Shown: one piece after another, positions 19,115-28,411 of the stretch
How positions within the stretch are numbered: the first letter of the stretch is position 1
Layout of the letters: every line of letters starts with the position of its first letter
Virus record (IMG/VR): IMGVR_UViG_3300050014_000138
Coordinates: 1 to 61,287 of that record
Origin: a virus
Taxonomy: Duplodnaviria > Caudoviricetes
Strand: one strand, 5' to 3'
Length of the DNA: 61,287 nucleotides
Notes under the pieces: model-generated
Told to the model about the DNA's origin: nothing
Seen by the model: the letters and a program-made list of their open reading frames with translations, nothing else
The model's database searches: none
Translations under genes and position numbers: made by a program

Positions 19115-20488
19115 TTAACTAACAGGTGTTATAGATGTATTTACACTTGTTGTTTTCATAGTATCGGGTTGTGGAGAACATCCTCCAGTCGGCATCTTCA
19201 ATCTTTTTAGTTTTGGAAGTATAATTGATTCTTCCATAGCAAATGTTGGAACATATTTGTTTAGATATTCATGAAATATTTTATCCATTGCTTTTAAAGA
19301 AAATGACTGTTCATTTTCTGCTCTAAGACTTTCTGCATCTTTTATAATATTTTCATCATAATTGCTGAAATAATGTTTCATTTTCTTTCCCGCTTCAAGA
19401 TAATCTACTTCAAACCATCTAGCATCTTTAACAAACCAATCATTCACTGCTTCATCTGGAATTGGTTGAAGACTTCCATCGAAGAATTTGGCATATTTAT
19501 GATTTAAGAAATCTAAATGTCCACTCCATCTTGGTGTAATTACTGGTTTACCACTTAATGTTGCTAACAATAATGGATGTCCAAACCCTTCTCCATGAGT
19601 AAAACTAAGATGAACTTTCACTTTTTCATGATTGAATAATGCATTCATTTCATTATCTTCCAATTCACCATGTAAAAGATATACGTTTGGTAGTTTTGCA
19701 CCTGGATTTTCTTGTTTAACCATATTAGTAACTTCGTGAATTTTGTTAATACAATCATATTTATCCATAATACAAAGTTGTGCTCCACTTGTTTTGAGAA
19801 TTAACGCAGGAGGATTATCAATATTTTTAAAACTTTCTAAAAATGTTTTGATCAAAAATCCAATCGCTTTTCTATCTGATTTCATATTTCCAGCAGTCCA
19901 TTGACCAACAAATAGAAATGTAAATGTTTCTGGTATATTTTTCATTGATTCTTCCAATGTAGATACCTTTTCATCTGTTTTTTTGTATATGTTTGTATTT
20001 GCACCCCAAAATAGAACTTCCATTGGTGATTTAACTTTAAGATCTTCGGATGTTCCATTAGGAAGTTTTTTGGAGTATATTGCATTAACGAATACATCTT
20101 TGGCATGTTGTGATGTCACAAAGTTGACATTCATTCTATTAAGACCTTCTATCCATTCCGCACGGGGAACTGTAGTTTCTATACCTGCGGTCATACCAAT
20201 ATTGAATTTTGCGGGTGTCGCAAACTCGTTTGGTATTGTCATTTGAATGAATACTTCTGGTTGACGAGGCAACTGATTTTTGAGAATTCTGTTAATAAGT
20301 TCTTTTCCTTCTGGATCATTAATCTCAGAATCTAAATTCTTTTTACTGCACGCACCCCATACTGTTGGCGCAAGATGTAGGTCGAATTTATCGTAACGAA
20401 GCAGACTTTTGGCCACTGCTAATGCCCATTCCCCATAACCACTTCGGGTAAAGATTGGACTTTGTAATACACAAATAGGTTTACTCAT
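19115..20488 (-). CDS. GT4-like glycosyltransferase
   Basis: TRSGYG, TAGIET, FLFVGQW, GEGFGHPLL, SGHLDF. Confidence 0.8.
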   Translation of the reverse strand: MSKPICVLQSPIFTRSGYGEWALAVAKSLLRYDKFDLHLAPTVWGACSKKNLDSEINDPEGKELINRILKNQLPRQPEVFIQMTIPNEFATPAKFNIGMTAGIETTVPRAEWIEGLNRMNVNFVTSQHAKDVFVNAIYSKKLPNGTSEDLKVKSPMEVLFWGANTNIYKKTDEKVSTLEESMKNIPETFTFLFVGQWTAGNMKSDRKAIGFLIKTFLESFKNIDNPPALILKTSGAQLCIMDKYDCINKIHEVTNMVKQENPGAKLPNVYLLHGELEDNEMNALFNHEKVKVHLSFTHGEGFGHPLLLATLSGKPVITPRWSGHLDFLNHKYAKFFDGSLQPIPDEAVNDWFVKDARWFEVDYLEAGKKMKHYFSNYDENIIKDAESLRAENEQSFSLKAMDKIFHEYLNKYVPTFAMEESIILPKLKRLKMPTGGCSPQPDTMKTTSVNTSITPVS

Positions 20489-20512
20489 ATTATATTTCTA
20501 GTTCTTTTGGAG

Positions 20513-21040
20513 TTATTTTGTTTCACGGTTTTTAATTTCATCGCTGTATTTCTGTTTAACTGGAATTCCACCCACTTTAGAATATTGTTCTTCAATAGTG
20601 CTGCGTATTGGAGTTTTTAAATCGGTGTGACCAAATCCTCCTGCACCACGGTCAGTTATAGGAAGATTTGATGTTTCTTCAAATTTAACTTCATTATAAT
20701 TTTCAAATATAATTTGAGCTATTTTATCATTAACTAATATTTTCTTATCAACCGATCCGAGATTGATAAGAATCACACCAACATCACCACGATAATCACA
20801 ATCAATTACTCCAGCCATTGTATCTAATCCATCTTTATATGCTAATCCGCTTCGTGGAGCGATTCTTCCATACATTCCATAAGGAATAGCGACTGTAAGA
20901 CCCGTTTTGAATAGTTTGCGTTCCAATGGTTTAAGTGTATATTCTTCGGTCGAATATAAATCATACCCCGCAGAAAAATCGGTTCCGTGGGTAGGTGTAG
21001 TAATTGTATCGTTTGCTTTTTTAATTTGAATTTTAATCAT
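20513..21040 (-). CDS. dut: dUTPase (trimeric)
   Basis: SAGYDL, RIAPRSGLA, AGVIDCDYRG, IAQ, RGAGGFGHT. Confidence 0.95.
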   Translation of the reverse strand: MIKIQIKKANDTITTPTHGTDFSAGYDLYSTEEYTLKPLERKLFKTGLTVAIPYGMYGRIAPRSGLAYKDGLDTMAGVIDCDYRGDVGVILINLGSVDKKILVNDKIAQIIFENYNEVKFEETSNLPITDRGAGGFGHTDLKTPIRSTIEEQYSKVGGIPVKQKYSDEIKNRETK

Positions 21041-21085
21041 ATATTGTAACAAATATTATCATAACTCTATTAATAAAACAACTTA

Positions 21086-22027
21086 TTATACTGGAATTAC
21101 ATTAAAAATATTTCCAGTTTTACCCGTGTTGGTTTTATTAACGTATGATTCGGTTGTTATAATTTCTTTACTGTATAATTCTTGCATATTACCATATTCT
21201 GGTAATATCCAATGATAGTATTCATTTGTAGCTGTAACATATCCCAATATTGCTACTCTTGGTAGTTTAGGAGTTTTATTCAATGATAAATGGTTATTTA
21301 ACGATGGTGCAACAATAACATCATTTTCCATTAATTCATTATAAGCAACTGCTAGACGTGTTCCCAATGCTTCTACATCTGGATCAACTTTCCATATATA
21401 ATTTAACATGGGGTGTCGATTCATTGAAAACGACCCAGTAATACCCGCTATCATTCTACAAAGAGAATTTGTTTCTGCGCCACAGCATAAACATCTAGGA
21501 TTATTTGTAAGATATGCCAATTCAACTAGATTAGTTCTGTTATTATACATTATACCAATATCGTTCATTATTCTGTCAATAGTCCATGGTCTCGGTGATT
21601 TATTGTGATCAGAAAATATAGACGTATCTTCCATAGTTAATGTAAGAATATCATACCTTCTTTTGATAGGTGCATTGGCATTTCTTCCAAGAGGATCTAC
21701 AATTCCGAATATATCATTGTCACATTTTGTTTTAAGAAATTCAAACTCATCACATGGAACAAACCTTCCCCATATATCTTTATTGGTTTGAATGTTTCTA
21801 ATTATTTTAAAATATAATTTTAAATCATCGGTTTCGTAATAATATCCTTCGGTAGGATACTCTATAAGTTCGTCAATATTTATATTGGATTTTTCAAGAA
21901 ACTTTTTTGCTTTTGGCAAACAAATTTCCGTCTCATACTTTTTTATATGTCGGCGGATTTGATTCTCCAACATATAAAAATAATCGGTGTTTGTAATGTC
22001 AACGTCTATTGTGGGTGTGTTATTCAT
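21086..22027 (-). CDS. Hypothetical protein
   Basis: 313-aa ORF coupled to upstream GT; no confident motif. Confidence 0.6.
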   Translation of the reverse strand: MNNTPTIDVDITNTDYFYMLENQIRRHIKKYETEICLPKAKKFLEKSNINIDELIEYPTEGYYYETDDLKLYFKIIRNIQTNKDIWGRFVPCDEFEFLKTKCDNDIFGIVDPLGRNANAPIKRRYDILTLTMEDTSIFSDHNKSPRPWTIDRIMNDIGIMYNNRTNLVELAYLTNNPRCLCCGAETNSLCRMIAGITGSFSMNRHPMLNYIWKVDPDVEALGTRLAVAYNELMENDVIVAPSLNNHLSLNKTPKLPRVAILGYVTATNEYYHWILPEYGNMQELYSKEIITTESYVNKTNTGKTGNIFNVIPV

Positions 22028-23523
22028 ATTTTTATTTCCTCTACTTTTTTATTTAATGCTTCTTTATCAATTTTTGGAATCTCAAATCCCATATTTCCAT
22101 TAAGCATTGTATTTCCAACATAATCTTTATCAGAATATATTCCGAACTTGTCTGGTTTTTTCCAATTTGAGAATACGTATTCCATTCCATCAATAAATTG
22201 TTGACCCATATTTTTTGAATTAAGTCCACCTTCATTAAGTGCCCAACGTCTTCCTTCAGCACCACATGCTTTACGTTTCTGTTCACCCATAAGATACCAA
22301 TACATAAATGCTTCCGCAAAGTCTTCCCATTTAGTTAAATCATCAAATATATAAGGTGTTGGAATACTACCTTGAATAAGACGAGTTACTGGCCAAACAG
22401 GATATGCCCAACAACCGTGTTTTTTATAACGTCCAATGTTGTTAGATCCAAAATTAGCGTCAAATTCCACAGGAGAACCATCATCTTTTGTTTGTCCAAT
22501 TTGATCCTGTAATCCTCCCGTTACTGCAACCGACACTGGAGTTCCACACATAATACTTTCTGCAATAGATAACCCAAATCCTTCATTAGATGATGCATTA
22601 ACAGTCATATCAGCAGCGTTATATAACATACACATATCTTGTGGACTCAATTTTCCAGGAGAAAATACAACATTGTTATCAGGACAAAACGCTTCTTTAA
22701 CCGCAATTAAATTAGTACCTGCATCTTGCATAATCTCAGTATGTAGAATAAGAACACATTTGTCAGCATCTTCTTTTGAAAGATTTTCACAAAATGTCCG
22801 ATATGCCATCATAATATTACTGGTACGTTTTCGATGAACATTTCTACTGTTATACAACATAACAAATTTATATTCTTTATCACCAAAAAGTCGTTTACGA
22901 AATTCAACCATTCTAGGATCATTTTTTGGAATTGGAACAAACGTTTCACTATCAATACCATGAGGACAATATTGTAATAAAGTTCTGCCATTCATTGGAC
23001 CATCATTAATGGTGCAACAATTTTTTTCTCCCATAACCCATTTGTTTAGGTTATATGTTTGTTTACTAATAGAAAACAATGCATCACAACTTTCATAGAA
23101 TGGACGATTGTACATTGGGTATGGTACGTCGTCCCATATATTCAGGTAGGTTAATGGAATTGTATTTCTTATTTGTTTTTCCAAGGCATACAACCACCCC
23201 CAAAATCTAGGATCTGTAAAATGAATAATTGCATCTGGTTTTTCCATTGCTATGATTTGAAATAACATTTGTTCATTACCATAACCATCAGTTGGATATA
23301 GTTTTACATATGCGTCTTTCATTTTTTTAATATCATTAGTCGATTGTGATAAATCGAATACATTTCCTTTCTCGGGGTGTGTTATGGCACCTGCAATTTG
23401 TATAAAATTATATTTATGAACCGTTGATAATACTAATTCTCGTGACATTGTGGCAATTCCACTATTCATCCGTAGGTCGTCACTTAACAATAAAATAGTT
23501 CTTTTTCCATTATTTGCTGGCAT
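22024..23523 (-). CDS. GT4-like glycosyltransferase
   Basis: SGIATM, PHGID, NSRN..RK, NEGFGLSIAE (Ex7E), TGGLQDQ. Confidence 0.85.
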   Translation of the reverse strand: MPANNGKRTILLLSDDLRMNSGIATMSRELVLSTVHKYNFIQIAGAITHPEKGNVFDLSQSTNDIKKMKDAYVKLYPTDGYGNEQMLFQIIAMEKPDAIIHFTDPRFWGWLYALEKQIRNTIPLTYLNIWDDVPYPMYNRPFYESCDALFSISKQTYNLNKWVMGEKNCCTINDGPMNGRTLLQYCPHGIDSETFVPIPKNDPRMVEFRKRLFGDKEYKFVMLYNSRNVHRKRTSNIMMAYRTFCENLSKEDADKCVLILHTEIMQDAGTNLIAVKEAFCPDNNVVFSPGKLSPQDMCMLYNAADMTVNASSNEGFGLSIAESIMCGTPVSVAVTGGLQDQIGQTKDDGSPVEFDANFGSNNIGRYKKHGCWAYPVWPVTRLIQGSIPTPYIFDDLTKWEDFAEAFMYWYLMGEQKRKACGAEGRRWALNEGGLNSKNMGQQFIDGMEYVFSNWKKPDKFGIYSDKDYVGNTMLNGNMGFEIPKIDKEALNKKVEEIKI

Positions 23524-24562
23524 AGGTTTTGATAGTTTCTACTAAGGTTTGTTGTTTATTAAAAATCCATATTTCATGAAGATACCCCATTTCTAAACAT
23601 GTATTATGTTTTATTAATGTTTCTTCTTTTTTAGATTGAAATGTATATTCTGATTTTACTTCTATAAATTTGTTTTGTGATTTTACAAAAATATCTGGAT
23701 AATATCTATGTTTATCATTATTTAAAATATACCATATCTCTGGAATATTTCTTTTTTTAGTTATAATATCATCTTCTAAAATTGTTTTTAGAAGTAAATT
23801 AATGGCGGCGGGTTCATATCCTTGAACTTTTATTTCATTTCCACTTGGATATGTAAACAATTTCCAATTTTTATAACATTTCTCTACTATATCGGGATGT
23901 TGTGATGGAAACCTGACTCCAAAATTTTTTAAATTGGTTTGTGCAGATTTTTCTTTCATTTCGGAAGTTTGTGTTACAAAATCACATCCATATTTTTCTC
24001 TACAAGTTTTTTTAAGATTTCCTACTTGTTTAATATATGACCCATTTTTAATTTTGGTTTCTATTGATTTTTCTGGATTATTCCAAGTTCTACTTCCGTG
24101 CAATTTTTCATTTGTATCATAACATTTTTCACGAGAAATACTATTTTTATTCCAATTATGAGTTACGCCATATTTATTCATCATTGTTTTTTGTTGTAAT
24201 GGTAAATTATTATATGATGAATTTCCATATCGTTCCAATTTAGTTTTTTTAATATTGGTTATTCTGTCAATACTATGAAGAGCACATTTTTTACTACAGA
24301 ATTCTTTCACATATCCATCAAAAAAGGATCGAAATTGTTTACTTGTTAATAAGTTATTACATTTTTTACAATGCTTCTCACCATAAACGTGTTTATAAAG
24401 TTTTTCGGAAAATTTGATTCCATCATATGTAGAGTTAATATAAGAAAATGTGTTACCATAAAGATTATAATTCTTTTTTGATCGAAATATTTGAGTAAAG
24501 TTATCTGGAAATTGATTAACTATATTTAATATTTCATTATGTGATAAAATATTATTTTCCAT
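23510..24562 (-). mobile_element. PD-(D/E)XK endonuclease with (K/E)xYG repeats, putative homing endonuclease
   Basis: KTKLERYG/TMMNKYG/TCREKYG repeats; QGYE, RYYPDIF, IEVKS. Confidence 0.7.
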
Positions 24563-24707
24563 ATTGAGATCCACTGATGGCATTTATAATTGCTATTTGA
24601 GTAAATCCACTCATTGTAAATCCATATTTTTTACAATGAGTTTTTAATATTTCTGCCAAACAATTAGAAATTTGTATAGACCATTTATCTGATTTTTTAC
24701 TGTTCAT
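24552..24707 (-). CDS. Small ribbon-helix-helix-like protein (51 aa), not in ORF track
   Basis: MNSKKSDKWSIQISNCLAEILKTHCKKYGFTMSGFTQIAIINAI...; strand-helix-G-turn-helix pattern. Confidence 0.6.
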   Translation of the reverse strand: MNSKKSDKWSIQISNCLAEILKTHCKKYGFTMSGFTQIAIINAISGSQYGK

Positions 24708-24726
24708 ATACTATACATATAATCAA

Positions 24727-24744
24727 ATCTTACGAAAGTAAGAT
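24727..24744 (-). terminator. Hairpin, possible terminator after RHH gene 24757-24978
   Basis: ATCTTAC-GAAA-GTAAGAT 7-bp stem; weak U tract on the minus strand. Confidence 0.4.
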
Positions 24745-24756
24745 AAATCTTATTTA

Positions 24757-24978
24757 TTATTGCGTTGAGATTGAAGATGTAACTGACGTAATAAACGTTG
24801 CAGTTACTGGTAAAATGAAGTTATTTATATCGTTCCTGAATATTTCATCATTCACGTATCTAAATACCGTTTTTTCTACAAGTCCTTGTAATGTAAGCTT
24901 ATGCCTAATACCAAGTAATTTAAACTCGTCATATAAAATGGGAGCTACTTTAACTGTTGTTGCAATTTTGTTCGTCAT
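24757..24978 (-). CDS. Ribbon-helix-helix-like DNA-binding protein
   Basis: TTVKV..LYDEFK......LTLQGLVEKTV pattern. Confidence 0.6.
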   Translation of the reverse strand: MTNKIATTVKVAPILYDEFKLLGIRHKLTLQGLVEKTVFRYVNDEIFRNDINNFILPVTATFITSVTSSISTQ

Positions 24979-25054
24979 ATATGTATATACATTAATGTGT
25001 ATGCAAATACATATGTGAAGAATTTCAAAAATATTATTTATATTTCAAAAATAA

Positions 25055-25318
25055 TTATTTTATTTCAGGAAATGATTTTATATTAATTGGAGATCTTGGA
25101 CAAAACAAATCTGTATAATCTACACAAAAATCATATGATGATATCCATCCTTCATTATATAAATAACGTGCTACATTAACTGTGGCGTATATTGCATACG
25201 TGTTATAATAAAGTTGGTTGGCATCTAGTGGATTATTAAACAACGGAAATGGAATATGGATACAATATTTATTCCATTCTTCATTATAATCTATATTGTA
25301 TCCATTTATTTTAAACAT
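25055..25318 (-). CDS. Hypothetical protein
   Basis: 87-aa ORF directly downstream of the nuclease. Confidence 0.5.
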   Translation of the reverse strand: MFKINGYNIDYNEEWNKYCIHIPFPLFNNPLDANQLYYNTYAIYATVNVARYLYNEGWISSYDFCVDYTDLFCPRSPINIKSFPEIK

Positions 25319-25320
25319 AA

Positions 25321-26214
25321 TTATTCCAACCGTTCTTTTTTACCATCACATTTTCCATTTTTTAAATATGGACAATATTTACAATTTTTCTTATCTTTTC
25401 CTGGATTTTTTGGATACTTTATGTCGGGTTTGTATGTACCTTCGGAGGTAAAACAAGTATCAATAAATTTTCCAAACTTTTTAATAACTTCTAATACATC
25501 AGATTGGCTAGACGATGGTTTAAAGATTTGAATGCGACTTTGTTCATATCTGCAATTTTCATATAGTTTTCTTCTAAGAATAAAGAATTCAATATTGATC
25601 TTACTAAGAGGAATATTATGAGTTTTACTATATAATGCTTTATATAATAATAATTGAGATATTTTTAACCAATCCTCCCGTTGAGAAGCGTTCCATCCAC
25701 TATTACTGGTTTTAATATCTATAATACGTATGTTTCCCGATTGTTTTTCTCTAAGTAACAAATCTATGAATCCAGTTAAATTTATATTATTTCTAATTTC
25801 GGCATTTAGTTCATCTTCAATTCCAATTAATTCCCATTTATCTCTTGGGAAATGTTGAAGTCTATTTTCTGGAGCACGGAATTCTGAAATAACATTTTTG
25901 GCGTCTTCGACAAATTCATCAAATTCTTCTTTGGTATGGGGAATTTTCTTTTTCTCAATTTCACGCTTAAATGTTTCCATGAATTGTGCCATCATATCAA
26001 CTGCTTCGGCTTCTTTATCACCTTGTTCGTATAACGTTTTTATGTATAATTGGATTGCTTCATGAATAGACGTTCCAAATGTCATGATTAGGTTATCTTC
26101 AAATGTTTTCTCATGAAGAATATAATCACGGTACCATTTGTGTGGACAAGTCCACCAGTTGGAAAATTGTGAATATGATACCGTCTTTTTCTTTTTAATT
26201 ATTTCATCAGTCAT
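25321..26214 (-). CDS. Cas4/RecB-like PD-(D/E)XK exonuclease
   Basis: SYSQ....CP, GTSIHE, GFIDL, IIDIKT, QL..Y, C-terminal CKYCPY...C (1+3 Cys). Confidence 0.85.
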   Translation of the reverse strand: MTDEIIKKKKTVSYSQFSNWWTCPHKWYRDYILHEKTFEDNLIMTFGTSIHEAIQLYIKTLYEQGDKEAEAVDMMAQFMETFKREIEKKKIPHTKEEFDEFVEDAKNVISEFRAPENRLQHFPRDKWELIGIEDELNAEIRNNINLTGFIDLLLREKQSGNIRIIDIKTSNSGWNASQREDWLKISQLLLYKALYSKTHNIPLSKINIEFFILRRKLYENCRYEQSRIQIFKPSSSQSDVLEVIKKFGKFIDTCFTSEGTYKPDIKYPKNPGKDKKNCKYCPYLKNGKCDGKKERLE

Positions 26215-26299
26215 TTATGAATAATATCATATTTTATGCTGGTCATCAACTTTTTATACTATAGCCATATATTTATTCGTATAATATTTTTTAAAACAT

Positions 26300-26515
26300 A
26301 TGGCTAATATAACAATTTCAATACCCGATGCACAACTAACCAGAGTAGTAGATGCATTTGCGATAAAATTTAACTGGGATGGTAGCATATCTAAACCATT
26401 ATTTGCAAAACAGAAATTAATGGAAATGATTATCAAAACCGTTTATGAAACAGAAACAAATGCAGCGGTAGTCACCGCAATGAATTCTATTAACCAAAAT
26501 TTAACAATAACGTAA
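26300..26515 (+). CDS. Hypothetical protein
   Basis: 71-aa ORF with upstream TATTTATT motif. Confidence 0.55.
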   Translation: MANITISIPDAQLTRVVDAFAIKFNWDGSISKPLFAKQKLMEMIIKTVYETETNAAVVTAMNSINQNLTIT

Positions 26516-26573
26516 TATTTTTAATTACGAATTCATTTTCAGAATCTGGATAAATTTTTAATTTTATAAAAAG

Positions 26574-26609
26574 TTGTAATATTTTTATTCTTCAGGTAAT
26601 CTACCTGAA
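26574..26609 (+). promoter_or_regulatory. sigma70-like promoter whose -10 lies inside an 8-bp inverted repeat
   Basis: TTGTAA-17-TAATCT; TTCAGGTA-atc-TACCTGAA (26591-26609) abuts ATG 26610. Confidence 0.45.
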
Positions 26610-27050
26610 ATGAATAGAAGAAATTTTTTTAAAAGTCTTGGTATGTCGTCTTTAGTAGCGACAATTCTTCCATCTGTGTTGCTTAACGCAAAAGAAGTTC
26701 CATCAAAAGAAATTGCTCAAAAAGTAGGAGATATATATGAAATTATGTCTCCTGATGACATTAAAGAATGGTTGGGCGAAGATAGATATATGGAAACTCC
26801 TGTTAAAATGTATAATGGAAAAGCATATGTTGCGAGAATGTATAGACTTAAACTTCGAATCTGTGGAAATGCTTTAAGTTTAAAAAATCATTGGATTGAA
26901 GATGCCAAGGAAGACGCAAAAAATGAGATTAATGAATTGAAATTAACACATCTTTGTTCGGTTAGATTTCATAGTTCTCCAATTTTTTATTCAGATGAAA
27001 CCTTTGGATATCATTCATATGTTAGGGGAGTTAAAGTTATAAATGTATGA
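26610..27050 (+). CDS. Protein with twin-arginine (Tat)-like N-terminus
   Basis: MNRRNFFKSLG + hydrophobic stretch + LNA/K. Confidence 0.6.
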   Translation: MNRRNFFKSLGMSSLVATILPSVLLNAKEVPSKEIAQKVGDIYEIMSPDDIKEWLGEDRYMETPVKMYNGKAYVARMYRLKLRICGNALSLKNHWIEDAKEDAKNEINELKLTHLCSVRFHSSPIFYSDETFGYHSYVRGVKVINV

Positions 27051-27343
27051 CATTAAATCAACTTAATATTTTAAATGAACAAGAATTAGCAATGATATTA
27101 TATGTTGTTAATGTCATTTCTCCACCAGAATCTCCAAAAATGGAATTTGAAAAACGGCATCTTGTATGGTTTAAGCATGATCAACTTGTAAAAAAGATGG
27201 TTGATGCTTTCCCAAAACTGTTGCCAGAAGGATATCCTATTTATCTTACATTGATGAATAAACTGGGTGTAAAAGGAGAAATAAAATATCCACACCCACC
27301 ATTGCCAGTTACAGAATCAACTCAAAACACAGGATCTATATGA
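27047..27343 (+). CDS. Hypothetical protein
   Basis: ATGA-coupled on both sides. Confidence 0.6.
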   Translation: MTLNQLNILNEQELAMILYVVNVISPPESPKMEFEKRHLVWFKHDQLVKKMVDAFPKLLPEGYPIYLTLMNKLGVKGEIKYPHPPLPVTESTQNTGSI

Positions 27344-27741
27344 ATAAAAGAAACTTTATAAAATATGCTACATTAGGCGTTGCTAGTTGTATAACTAGTC
27401 CAATATCACTTGTTAAAACAACCGAACCAGTCCCAGGATTAGGATCTGAAAAAGATTATCTCTGTCCATCTGATAGGATAGTAATGGAAGAAATTAAAGT
27501 TAAAATGAGCGGTTGTGCTGAACAATTCTGTTTTGAACCAATGGATAATACTGTTATAACTAGAGCACATTGTAAATTTAATAATATGTTAGAAGATTTT
27601 AAAAAGAATGGACAATGTCGAGAGATTGGAGTTGACTCTCTCAGTTTAAATGATAAAGTTTTATATGGACAAGTTTGGATTAGACCAAATAATTTTGAAG
27701 ATTATATCATACTTGATTTTCATATTTTTGCGAATTCATAA
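27340..27741 (+). CDS. Tat-like N-terminus + tail-sheath C-terminal-like domain
   Basis: MNKRNFIK...; FCFEPMD..., L...K.NG, LYGQVWIRP...DYIILDF. Confidence 0.55.
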   Translation: MNKRNFIKYATLGVASCITSPISLVKTTEPVPGLGSEKDYLCPSDRIVMEEIKVKMSGCAEQFCFEPMDNTVITRAHCKFNNMLEDFKKNGQCREIGVDSLSLNDKVLYGQVWIRPNNFEDYIILDFHIFANS

Positions 27742-27804
27742 ATGTGAAATAAAGTCTTGTATTGATTGACATTATCAGTTAATATGGTGAGATTAATAAA
27801 TTAT

Positions 27805-28410
27805 ATGAATGTGGGAAATAAAAGACGAGTATTTATAAACTCGGGTGAACGATTTGGGAAACTTGTTGTAATAGGTGAATCTTCTTTAGAAGAAAGACCT
27901 TTGTGTGATAATAGTCATGTTTATTATAAATGTAGATGTGATTGTGGAAATATTAAAATAGTAAGATCTGCTAATCTTAAACGAAAGCATAATGTGTCTT
28001 GTGGATGCCAAAAGAAAATAAGTGGAACAAAAAATATACAACAATGGATATCCGATGGAGGTATTAATCCCAATCGAGAATTCGTAGGACAAATAAGTGG
28101 AGCATTGTGGTGTCATATTAAAAATAATGCCAAAGAAAGAAACCACAAGATTGATATAACAAAAGAATATATATGGGAACTTTTCTTGAAACAAAATGGT
28201 AAGTGTGCATTGACAGGGTTAAAATTGAAATTATCTCCATTAAGTATAAATCGTTATGATAATGATGCATCTTTAGATAGGATAGATTCAAAAATTGGAT
28301 ATGTAATTGGGAATGTTCAATGGGTTCATAAGGATGTTAATTTTATGAAAATGGATTTCCCAGAAGATTATTTTGTGAAAATGTGTAAGTTAGTATCTAT
28401 AAATAAATAA
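27805..28410 (+). mobile_element. HNH-like putative homing endonuclease upstream of polB
   Basis: RFGKL.V, CRCDCGN, SCGC; GKCALTG, SLDRIDS..GY..GNVQWVHK.VN.MK. Confidence 0.8.
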
Positions 28411-28411
28411 T

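Noticed and set aside
21086-22027. Faint resemblance of 'EGYYY...LKLYF' to DUF3160
   Set aside because: Too short to support without a profile search.
6044-23523. Bacterial capsule/O-antigen locus (cellular origin)
   Set aside because: Interleaved with T4-like replication genes and homing nucleases; no wzx/wzy/ABC export or housekeeping genes.
25321-26214. Cas4-like gene as sign of a CRISPR-Cas locus
   Set aside because: No repeat-spacer array or other cas genes; solo Cas4-like nucleases are common in phages.
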